A program made the position numbers and the translations under genes. The notes beneath the pieces are model-generated. The model saw only the letters and a list, made by a program, of their open reading frames with translations. It searched no databases and was not told the DNA's origin. DNA of 63,041 nucleotides, the filler included. It is 15 parts of 15 records of this genome, joined end to end, with 100 filler letters (N's around TTAATTAATTAA, not from the genome) between each part and the next. Parts side by side here need not be neighbours in the genome. Positions count along the whole stretch, not along the records: positions 1 to 14,896 come from SRR11831586_2024; positions 14,997 to 18,450 come from SRR11831586_2040; positions 18,551 to 22,215 come from SRR11831586_2041; positions 22,316 to 25,568 come from SRR11831586_2063; 11 more parts are not named here. One strand, 5' to 3'. This document shows, one piece after another, positions 11,965 to 22,385 of the stretch. The number at the start of each line of letters is the position of its first letter. Positions within the stretch are counted from its first letter, which is position 1.

Positions 11965-13203
11965 TCATATTGTTCCCCCCGGCATCGCATTCACCAGACC
12001 TGAAACCGCCTTCTGCGCCGCCTCTGCGCTTTGTGCACCGGGTACCAGAATCACCTTACGGCACTCCTCTTCACGTTTTTCGAAAATCTCATATCCCCGG
12101 GCGGCCTCTTCAAACGGCATATAGTGGGTAACAATTTCTTCTGGTTTCAGTAATCCTTTCTCAATTAACGGTAATAATTCTCCCAGCCATGCGTGAACGT
12201 GGGTCTGTCCCATTTTAAACGACAACCCTTTATCAAAGGCGTCGCCAAACAGGAAACCGTGAATAAATCCAGCGTAGACGCCCGGTACGCTAACAATGCC
12301 GCCACGCCTGACCGCCGCAATACACTGACGCAACGCTTTACCGCTGCTGCCCTCCAGTTTCAGGTTAGTCAGCACCGTTTCCGTGGTGCTGCCTTTCGCT
12401 TCAAAACCGACGGCGTCTATTACTGCATCCACGCCCCGGTGACCTGCCGTTTGTTCAATAATTGACTGTGCCGGATCGCTGTCTTCATCAAAATTAATCG
12501 GGATCGCGCCGTAGCGGTCGGCGGCGAAATGCAAGCGGTAGGGATGATGATCAACAACAAAAATCTGTTCCGCACCGAGCAACCGTGCACAGGCGATTGT
12601 CAACAATCCCACAGGACCAGCACCATAGACTGCAACGCTTGAACCTTGTTGGATCTGCGCATTTTTTGCTGCCTGCCATGCCGTTGGCAGAATATCAGAA
12701 AGGAAAAGCGCTTTATCATCTGAAAGCAAAGGCGGTACTTTAAACGGCCCCACATTCCCTTTAGGGACGCGGACATATTCCGCCTGCCCACCAGGAACGC
12801 CGCCATACAGGTGACTATAACCAAACAATGCCGCTGGAGCTGGTATCTGTTTTTTATTGAGCGCAGCGCCTTTACCCGCATTGGTATTTTCGCAGGCGGC
12901 ATATTGTTGCAATCGACAGAAAAAACAGTCGCCACAAGCAATGACGAACGGAATTACCACTCGGTCGCCTTTTTGCAAATTTTTTACGTCCTTTCCGGTT
13001 TCAACTACTTCCCCCATAAATTCATGACCAAAAATATCGCCATGTTTAACCTGAGGTATTTTGCCTCGATAAAGATGGAGGTCAGAGCCACAGATCGCCG
13101 TTGCCGTAATACGCAGAATAATATCATCTGCCTGTTCAACGCCCGGATCGGGAACATTTTCTACCTGAACGTGATGTGGGCCGTGATAAGTCAATGCTTT
13201 CAT
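11965..13203 (-). CDS. ybdR: Zn-dependent alcohol/aldehyde dehydrogenase
   Basis: 412 aa; ICGSDLH, GHEFMG, CGDCFFC, GAGPVG. Confidence 0.95.
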
Positions 13204-13423
13204 GCAACCTCCAGAGACAGTTCAAAAAAGAGTCAGTCTTTAAGGGTAGCTATCACAGCGGGAAAACGGGCGGTACCACAGGTTTTGGGAGAATTCCTGG
13301 TGTTCAGTGAGAATATATTCATCACAGAAACAGTTCGTAAGGAAAAAGAACCAGACAAATATCAGGGATAAATATTATAATCATGGCGAATGATTTGTTC
13401 ATGATTAACAGGGAGAAAGGGTT

Positions 13424-13852
13424 ATGTATAAGACAATCATTATGCCAGTTGATGTATTTGAAATGGAATTGAGCGACAAAGCTGTTCGCCACGCTGAATT
13501 CCTCGCCCAGGATGACGGAGTTATTCATCTACTTCACGTACTACCCGGGTCAGCCAGCCTGAGCCTGCACCGTTTTGCCGCTGATGTGCGTCGTTTTGAA
13601 GAGCATCTGCAACATGAAGCACAAGAACGTCTGCAAACGATGGTCAGCCACTTCACCATCGATCCTTCCCGCATTAAACAACATGTCCGTTTTGGTAGCG
13701 TGCGGGATGAAGTCAATGAGTTGGCAGAAGAACTGGGGGCTGATGTTGTAGTTATTGGTTCTCGCAACCCATCGATTTCGACCCATCTGTTAGGTTCTAA
13801 CGCCTCGAGCGTGATCCGCCACGCCAATCTGCCGGTGCTGGTTGTGCGTTAA
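13424..13852 (+). CDS. uspG: Universal stress protein G
   Basis: 142 aa Usp domain; VVIGSR...[13 protein letters not shown]. Confidence 0.96.
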
Positions 13853-13972
13853 TTGCCAGAATAAGTATCCCGCCCTGCCCGGAGCCATCCCGGCGGGGCT
13901 TTTTAATGCCATAAAAAAGCCGCCAGGTTTGACCCCGGCGGCTAAGCAATTGCAGGTGAATCTTACTTCTTC

Positions 13973-14896
13973 TTATGCAGTTTTGGTGCGAATCAGGTAG
14001 TCAAAAGCACTCAGAGAGGCTTTGGCACCTTCGCCAGTGGCGATGATGATCTGCTTGTACGGAACCGTCGTACAGTCACCCGCTGCGAACACGCCTTTCA
14101 CGTTGGTTTCGCATTTCGCATCAATGATAATCTCGCCCATGCGGTTACGTTCGACTGCGCCTTCGAGCCAGTTGGTGTTCGGCAGCAGACCAATCTGGAC
14201 GAAAATACCGGCCAGTTCGATGTTGTGAATATCGCCGCTGACACGATCTCGATATTCCAGACCAACGACTTTGCTGCCGTCGCCTTTCACTTCCGTGGTT
14301 TGCGCATTCAGAATAATGTCGACGTTTTTCAGGCTGCGCAGTTTGTCCTGCAGAACCTGGTCGGCTTTCATTTCTGGCGCAAATTCCAGCAGCGTTACGT
14401 GCTCAACGATACCCGCCAGGTCAATTGCCGCTTCCACGCCGGAGTTACCGCCGCCGATAACCGCTACGCGTTTACCTTTAAACAGCGGGCCGTCGCAGTG
14501 CGGGCAGTAGGTCACGCCTTTGGTGCGATACTGATCTTCGCCCGGAACGTTCATGTTGCGCCATTTTGCACCGGTCGCCACGATAATGCTGCGTGCTTTC
14601 AGTACCGCGCCAGAAGCTGTTTCAATCTGATGCAGACCACCTTCAACTGCTGCTGGGATCAGTTTGCTGGCGCTCTGGCTGTCGATCACATCAACGTCGT
14701 ATTCATCAACGTGAACTTTCAGTGCGCCTGCCAGCTTCTGCCCTTCAGTCTTCGGTACAGAAATGTAGTTTTCGATATCAACGGTATCGAGGATCTGACC
14801 ACCAAAACGTTCGCCCATCAGACCGGTACGGATGCCTTTACGTGCGGAGTAAATTGCTGCCGCTGCACCCGCCGGGCCGGAACCGACGATTAATAC
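13973..14896 (-). CDS. ahpF: Alkyl hydroperoxide reductase flavoprotein, 3' part (truncated by contig end)
   Basis: CPHCDG redox motif, GGGNSG, FAAGD; ends YLIRTKTA. Confidence 0.96.
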   Translation of the reverse strand, partial: VLIVGSGPAGAAAAIYSARKGIRTGLMGERFGGQILDTVDIENYISVPKTEGQKLAGALKVHVDEYDVDVIDSQSASKLIPAAVEGGLHQIETASGAVLKARSIIVATGAKWRNMNVPGEDQYRTKGVTYCPHCDGPLFKGKRVAVIGGGNSGVEAAIDLAGIVEHVTLLEFAPEMKADQVLQDKLRSLKNVDIILNAQTTEVKGDGSKVVGLEYRDRVSGDIHNIELAGIFVQIGLLPNTNWLEGAVERNRMGEIIIDAKCETNVKGVFAAGDCTTVPYKQIIIATGEGAKASLSAFDYLIRTKTA

Positions 14897-14996
14897 NNNN
14901 NNNNNNNNNNNNNNNNNNNNNNNNNNNNNNNNNNNNNNNNTTAATTAATTAANNNNNNNNNNNNNNNNNNNNNNNNNNNNNNNNNNNNNNNNNNNN
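14897..14996. other. Artificial contig-joining linker (first of 14)
   Basis: N44-TTAATTAATTAA-N44; identical linkers at 18451-18550, 22216-22315, 25569-25668, 30793-30892, 36125-36224, 39302-39401, 41972-42071, 45782-45881, 47934-48033, 50197-50296, 53057-53156, 56263-56362, 60434-60533. Confidence 0.99.
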
Positions 14997-15483
14997 GATG
15001 AGTAGCGTTGCAGCCAGCAAGTTAGCAAGTGTGATGCAGCACGTCCGCATGCGTGTGTGAGTTTGCATGCGTGTAATGAATAAAATTTGGCTGTGTGTCA
15101 AATCAGTGCGGGGAGGTATCCGTACCGCGCTTTGCGAATAATATTTGATCTTTTGGTGTATGCCTCGCGAGCCTTGGGATGATATAGGTGTGTTTGGGAG
15201 CAAGATCTTCTGATCTGACAGGGGGCATCGAGCGGCGCGAGGAATCAGTAACCTTGGGAACATGATTGCCAAGGAGGCAGCATGCCATATGTGACTGGAA
15301 TCTTTGTTCAATGGGGTATTCAGTCACGCGCACACATGCAAACTGCGCAGTCGAATTTTGACCTTTCCCGATATGAGCTGAAATTTCGGAAGAAATTTCT
15401 TGGCACGTCATCTGAAATTTCGCGGAAGATACATCTCTCCCTGCTTTCATTCTTTCAGCGTGTTTCTTGTGTACCGAACCAAC

Positions 15484-16535
15484 ATGACCGGTGTTTTGAG
15501 CTCCGTGAAGTGTGTAGTGGTTGGGGATGGAGCGGTAGGCAAAACTTGCTTGCTCATCTCCTACGCGAACAACACATTCCCCGAGGCATACATTCCAACA
15601 GTGTTTGACAACTACACCACGCATGTGCTAGTGAACGATAAGACCGTACAGTTAGGCCTATGGGACACTGCCGGTATGACTCACCAAATCTCAATTCCGA
15701 TCTGTGATCTGGATTGTTTTTTGTGAACGAAGGGTTTGTTGTAACACTGTGTCGCATGTAGGTCAGGACGAGTACGACCGGCTAAGACCGCTCTCGTACC
15801 CAGGAACCAACGTGTTTCTGGTGTGCTTCTCACTCACCTCGCGCGCATCCTACGAGAACGTCAAACACAAGGTGTGTGCTCCTTTGTCGCTGCACACTCG
15901 TTGTCGACAGTTCGAACCATGGGCCTCAGTCATAGCCTATGTGTGGATGTTGCATCAAAAACGCTGCGCACATGCGGGCACATTGGGTCCTGCACGTGTG
16001 TTTGCGTTTGTGGGTGCCATCACATTTTGACATCGTATACGTGTGTTGTTTCTTTCTGTGCGCAGTGGTATCCGGAACTGCTGCTGCACAACCCAACCAC
16101 CCCCATCATACTGGTGGGACTCAAGAAGGACCTGCGCGACTCACCTGCGATGCTGAAGAAGCTAGCGGAGAAGGGCGCTACACCCGTCAGCACCGTGGAG
16201 GGTGAGGTGCGTGAGAGTTGCGTATACGAGTGATTGTGAGTGAGAATGTAGGTGAGTGTTAATGGGAGTGCGTGAATGCGACACAACTTTTGCGTGTGAA
16301 TGCTGCAGCAGTAGAACTGCGAGTCTTGGATTTCGCAGGGTAACGTGAAAACTCATATATTCCTCCCTCTGCGCAGGCCCTGGCACGCCATGTGAACGCC
16401 GAACAGTACATTGAATGCTCCGCCCGCACGCAGGAGAATGTCAAGGAGGTGTTTGACTACGCGATCAAGTGCACGTTGTTTCCGCGCCGCCGCCGTAGCT
16501 CGAAGCAGGAAGGGTGTGCCTGCGTGCTTATGTGA
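15484..16535 (+). CDS. Eukaryotic Rho-family (Rac-like) small GTPase, 4 exons, 199 aa
   Basis: Exons 15484-15673, 15762-15871, 16066-16206, 16377-16535 join in frame via GT-AG introns; [46 protein letters not shown], polybasic RRRR and CAAX box CVLM. Confidence 0.95.
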
Positions 16536-17605
16536 GGAGCTCTCTTCTCTGCTAGGCATGAACGGGCAACCGAGCTCGGGAATTCAAAGGAGAGTGTTAA
16601 CGTTGGTGTACATGTGTTTGAGTGTGTGTAATGAGAAGGCAGCGATGGCGCTCACGCGGTTGGGAAGGGTGGAATGTAACTAGGCCTTACTAAACAAAAC
16701 TGCATTTGTGTTGGTTGCCCCACGCCTAGCGGCTTGACCTAGGAAACAGTGTAGGGACGACTAGGTTGTGAAATCGAAACTTCACGTCAAAAATTAGGAC
16801 GTCCACACGAATTGATTAGGGCGCAGGGCAAACTCGGGTACAACTTTGCAAGTTATCGATAAACACTACATGGGTGCCGAATATGGGCAGTTTTCATGTG
16901 TGTACATTCTTCGATTCGCGCGAAATATTCGTTGTGCGATAGACGGTACTTAACACTGTGACAACGAGCGGTGCGTTTATACCCGCTTGAAACAGGAAGC
17001 ATAGAACGAAGATGCCCATTTGTCAACCGGAAATATATTTACAGTGTTCGCAAATGACGGCACCAACATATGGAGATAACTCTACGTAGTGCAGTTTTAG
17101 CCTACTAGGGCCACAGATGATCACAGGTGCCGCCGAAATTTAGATGATCTGCACGCTTGTCGAAGTCATGCAAGCGCTTGGAAGCGTGCTACAGCCTATC
17201 AGTTAGTACAGTGACAGCCACTCTACGCGCTATGGTCTATAGAGCTGCTACGCCACGACATCTGTCGGAGGAATTATAGTCAGTTTGTGATGCGTGGAAC
17301 CTTCAATCCGCAGCACCTTTTTGCTCACACGATAACGACTGCCTGTCTTGTCGAGTGTGTTGCGAGAAGGGAGACGAGACATACACAGCAAACACGAAAT
17401 TGGAACAAGTTCTTTCTAGTGTTGACCGACGGTCCACGTGCCACATGTGTTGTCTACCGTTTCATCGCATGACGCGTGTAAGCGTTCACGAACGTCATTC
17501 GATGAGCTGAAGCATTTTGTTCGCAGCTATAAGCACGCAGCTGCGACACCGCAGGATATTGTTTACTTTCTGTGAAAAGAAAAGACTTGTTTTTTTATCA
17601 TCAAC

Positions 17606-18450
17606 ATGACAGCTTTACCGTTCCGAACTCGTGTGGAGACGTTCCTCGACAACTTCAAAGATGAGCACTCGTACACGACGCACTTGAACAGCTTTTGGTC
17701 GACTTGGTCGAAAGACATGCCGTACCACCACTCCATCCCGCGTGATGATATTACTCTGCTCTTTATTGGCGACGGTCGCCGCAAGGGTCTGTTTCAGCAT
17801 GCCGGCGATCACTCGCTTCTGGGTGGCACATTGAAGCCGCACGCTCGTTATGCGCTCATTACCCTGTTCCAAATCCTTCTGCACGACAAGGAACCCCTGC
17901 TGTTCACCAACCGCTTCCGCCAGATGCCCATCTCTGATCTGCAGAAGATCCACTTGGAGAAGCATTTGGAGTACGGAGACTCCGAGCAGCAAATGGCTGC
18001 TTTCCGCTTGGCCCGTCTGTTGTTCCACTCGTATCCTAAGGCCGAGTTTATGGCGATCATGAACGAATCCTCTAAGGCATTCGAGCTGTTTGGCGGGTTC
18101 CATGAGAAGTGGCTGCTTGAGCACCCGGATGATACCCTTGCGCGCGATATTCCCGTTCAGGTATGAACGTTTTCACTTCTCATCTCGTGGGATCTTGCCT
18201 GAACATGGTGGTGCTAGGGACGAACTGCCGCAACTGCAGTTGGAATCGCTGCTGCTGAAAAGATCCCGGTACGTGCTGTCTCCACTGCTTCCCTTTATCA
18301 TGTTGATCGCGAAGTAAGTCCGATCGCAAAGACCAGGTTACTCACGTTTTGCGTAGGTCCCCGTGGTGGAGCAAGCCACGCAGCCCATCATCCAGCCAGT
18401 GATTCACAACGAGAAGGAGACCATTGTGCAGCCCGTGGTGGTCACGAGCG
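17606..18450 (+). CDS. Eukaryotic protein of unknown function, 5' part, at least 3 exons
   Basis: Exons 17606-18160, 18218-18268, 18357-contig end join in frame with GT-AG introns; 185-aa first exon, then V/Q/P/I-rich segment (QPIIQPVIH..IVQPVVV). Confidence 0.65.
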
Positions 18451-18721
18451 NNNNNNNNNNNNNNNNNNNNNNNNNNNNNNNNNNNNNNNNNNNNTTAATT
18501 AATTAANNNNNNNNNNNNNNNNNNNNNNNNNNNNNNNNNNNNNNNNNNNNTTCTGTGTGTATGTGGTTCGGTGCTCCCTTCGTTGGATGTTGATTTATGA
18601 TGCATGTGCGTGTAAGTTTTGAATCGGTGTAGTGTGTTCGTGTGGTTATGTTACATCTGTGGATGCCTGTCTGCCGGCTGAATTTTTGTGCGCACGTAAT
18701 GGGCTCATGTTGCCTGTGTAG

Positions 18722-19348
18722 ATGGGGAACGGAGCAATGACACGGTGTCCCTCATGGAGACAGCCATCAACCTATTTGCCAAGGTACGTCCAGTTGTTGT
18801 GCATTGTGCTTTATGCATTCTGTGACAACTCATGCGGAGATCACCTCATGGTAGGCGTTACACACTCTCCCATCCATACATTACCGGTGTCTACGTGTGT
18901 TTATACGTCCTATCCTTGATGCGCCGTACCACTACTCAGTGTATATTATCTGTTTGGATACCAACTGCGTGTGTGCGCTGCAGGTGAACGCGTTCCGTGA
19001 GATGGCCTCCGTCCTCATTCTGGAGGAGCAGTCCCGCCCCTCACTGCCCTCCGTATCAAGTCGCATCCATCGTGTGGTCTCCGAAGCTGAGGTGCGTTGT
19101 CCGTGGCGCTTGCGTTTCTTATCGATGTTTATTATGAAATACTTATGACCATGCACATTTTCGTCCTTGAGGCTTATGCCTATGCATGCCGCTCTGTTTG
19201 CGCCGTTGTTGTTGAATTGCGTGGTGGGCTGTGTATGTAGGTAACTGCACAGAGCACACAACGGACGGAGTCGAACGGCGTGCGGGAGTTTGTGTGTGGG
19301 TTGAGTGCATGTCCCATGTGGACCGATATGGGCGTTGTGACCGTGTAG
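18722..19348 (+). CDS. 3' exons of an unidentified eukaryotic gene
   Basis: Exons 18722-18783, 18984-19091, 19241-19348 are flanked by GT/AG and join in frame to a TAG; no family recognised. Confidence 0.5.
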
Positions 19349-20104
19349 TTTCTCGCGTGGAATGGATACTGTGCGCGTGTTGCATGTGGGAGCACACTGG
19401 GTTCTTCGCTCCTGTATGTGATTGTGCGTGTTCGCAGCGTTGCGGTGGTTGCTCTGTGGTGCGCGCCGACGTTACACGGGGGCACACACTCCCACGTACT
19501 TTCCAAGTTGCGGCTCTACGTACGCAATGAGCAAAGGTCGCAGCGAATTTTGCTCTCGGCATCCAGTGTCTCACACTGAAACGATGTGCGTGTTGTTGCG
19601 CCGATGGCATTATCTGGGTTCGAAGACTTTGTTGCGTGCTTCACACCGAGTGTAGTGTTCCGTGCGTCAGTGTAATGCTGTCAATGAAGGACCGATCATA
19701 TCATGATGAGAACCATCGGCATTATTGCGAGGCAAGACAACGCTGTGCCCTCTGCTGAGTGCAAGTTCAGGAATCGATAACGCTCCGTTTAGTACAGACA
19801 GTACCATAAGTACGCACCGCTCATTTACAAAAATTCGCTCACTCAATCACTTTCTCGGGATCCAAGCATAAATACTAGAATAGAACATACCCCGCTGACC
19901 TCATATCCATGCATTCAACACCCCACTGTGTATCGTACAAGAATACAACCCCGCTCGGATAATACGTATACATATGTCACAAAACAGAACTTACAATCCA
20001 TTACACCCACGACCGTGCTGCCGGAACAGTGAAACTCGACGCAACTGACATCTTTACAGTCCAGTGCAGATGCGCAACAAACAACACCGATCACAGGGAG
20101 AGAC

Positions 20105-20738
20105 TCACTGGTTCACACCGGGGACCAGCGCTTCTGCCGGGGTTTGGCTAGACTCTTTACGAAGCAATTCGTTCTCACACAAGAGTTGCTGGATCACGGC
20201 CTCTAACTGAGCCTTGGTTTGCAGAAGATGGTTCACCTGACCTTCTAGCTCTGCAACGAACTGCTTCTTTCGCTCACGAGACTGCTTTGCGCTCATGCGG
20301 TTACGCATCAACCTAGATGTGAGGTAAGAAAAAGAGCAAGGTCCCGACATGCAAGTACCGGGCCTCGTTCTTCTCACGGAGCTCCTCCAAGGAGACGTCA
20401 TCGATGCGAGAACGCGAGCGCTTAGCGTCCATCTCCAATTCTAGTTTCCGTTTCTTCAATTCTTCCAAAGTGTTGCTCTCAACGAGACTCATGGACCGCT
20501 GTCGCAAGGGAGCCGGGTTACTAGCCACGGCTTTCAGAGCCTCCGCAATTTCTGCGGCGGATGGCGTCAAGGATGAGAACTGTGGAACGGGATAATCACC
20601 CACAGGAGATAACATGGCGCTGCTGACGGTAGAGGCAGCGCCAGAAAACACCGGATCGGTTGTTCCCGGTGCGATCAGGTTTTCCTCCAAATGTCCCAGC
20701 ACATCGGAGGGCCACTCGAAACCTTCAAAGCCTGACAT
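20105..20738 (-). CDS. bZIP transcription factor A, 2 coding exons
   Basis: Removing 46-nt intron 20313-20358 gives EARLMRNRMSAKQSRERKKQFVAELEGQVNHLLQTKAQLEAVIQQLLCENELL (basic region N-x7-R plus heptad leucines); start uncertain because an acceptor-like AG precedes the ATG. Confidence 0.88.
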
Positions 20739-21349
20739 TGTCTGGAAGGCACAAGTAGAGAACAAGTGGTACACTGCGTTCGGAACAGAGTAGAAAGCGC
20801 GTCTGAAACATATACGAAAAGCACACCCACGGCAGCGCACGGGTGATGCGATTCGACGTCACAACTGAACATGCGAAGAAAAACTTTGAGACATCTCCGT
20901 GCGTTCGTGTGCTTTCGTGTGCATACGTTTCCTATCGACCTCCCGCAATCTCGATACGATGAACAGCCGAACAGGTCAGAACATTCGCCACGGCCGGCGT
21001 TTGGCAGCATCGATTCGGATGGTTCAGTGGTCACTCGCCCCTGATATGGATACTCCTCCCGTTTTTATAGGTAATACCAACTACGGCGACAATATTCTGC
21101 AGGATAACGAAAAATAACAACAACATAAATGCTTGCGCAATAGAATGCATATTTTGCAGCCGATAAAAAGTAAAGATAAGTGATACAACACGAGCCGGAC
21201 AGAAAAGAGGAACGCCTGTTCCATCCAAGTGCACAAAGATCATCCAACAAAACACTATGCAACCACAGATGACACGACAGAAAATGCCGATGGCTCAAAG
21301 ATCTAAGTAAAATTTACATAACCGCAACCGCTGAAACAATCCCTTGAAG

Positions 21350-21970
21350 TCATTGATTCTTAGACTCACGTTCAGCCTTCAGAGCGCAAAGTCGGTCGTT
21401 CTCGGCTTGCAATTCGTTGCGTTTCTTAATCAGCTGCTCAACAGTGTGCTGCAAATTGATCATATGCTTTTCCAGGGTATCCACAAACATCTTCTTGCGC
21501 TCGCGAGCTACTTTGGCATTACGTCGGTTGCACTCAAGCCTAATTCAACCAACATGTTAGGAACAGACTCAGTTTTGTTGAGTAAGGAATACATACTTTC
21601 GTGCTCGGCGCAGCTTCTCAAGTTCTTCTGGGCTCATATCCTTGAACGGCCACGTGTTGAGACGCCGACCGCGGAAACTCACGATGTCCATTTCCGGGGG
21701 AGTAACCGACGCCGAGGAGGACGCTGTAGACGGCACCTCGCTGAAGGTGGTGCGGTCAAACGAGGCAGGTTCGCCTGATCCGAAGTACAGAGCGGATTGA
21801 TCGTCGGAAGCAGCCGAGGCGGGCGCGGTCTTGGCCGCTGTGGCCATTGGGATTTTGAAAAAGATGTCGGAGAGGTCGCTGTTGTTGTCCCACATGGAGG
21901 TATCGGCGTACGGGCTAGCCTGACCGATCGTTGGCGACACGAGCATAGAGGCACAAAACTGCGTGGACAT
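21350..21970 (-). CDS. bZIP transcription factor B, 2 coding exons
   Basis: Removing 57-nt intron 21540-21596 gives RRARKLECNRRNAKVARERKKMFVDTLEKHMINLQHTVEQLIKKRNELQAENDRL. Confidence 0.88.
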
Positions 21971-22385
21971 ATTGGCAGGGGTAGAGCGGCGAGGGCACGC
22001 TGACGTGAGCAAACAGAGAAATGAATGTGAAGGCACACAGAGGGCGGATAGAATCTGAATCGATGACGAAGCGTGGAATTGTTCGGATAAGTGACACGGG
22101 TGCCACGTCATCCTGAATCGTGTGGTTCCACATGTATGAGGTTTGTGTGTGACCGGGTAGATCTTGAGAGGATGCTGACAGTAGCAGGATGGGTCATGGG
22201 AAGGCCCTAATTCACNNNNNNNNNNNNNNNNNNNNNNNNNNNNNNNNNNNNNNNNNNNNTTAATTAATTAANNNNNNNNNNNNNNNNNNNNNNNNNNNNN
22301 NNNNNNNNNNNNNNNGACTAACGTATTTCAGATTTCTGGTCCTCGTAGAATGCTATGGTTGCTAACCTGTGACCCGCTTCCGCAG

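Noticed and set aside
14941-14952. TTAATTAATTAA as a biological repeat or CRISPR-like array
   Set aside because: Always centred in exactly 44+44 Ns; it is a six-frame stop spacer
16690-17580. ncRNA or tRNA in the long intergenic stretch after the Rac gene
   Set aside because: No cloverleaf, box C/D pair or strong hairpin recognised by eye; an Infernal/Rfam scan would be needed to exclude one
20105-21540. HAC1/XBP1-type IRE1 unconventional intron after either bZIP domain
   Set aside because: CNGNNG words occur, but I could not find a pair of convincing 7-nt-loop hairpins; the introns found are ordinary GT-AG
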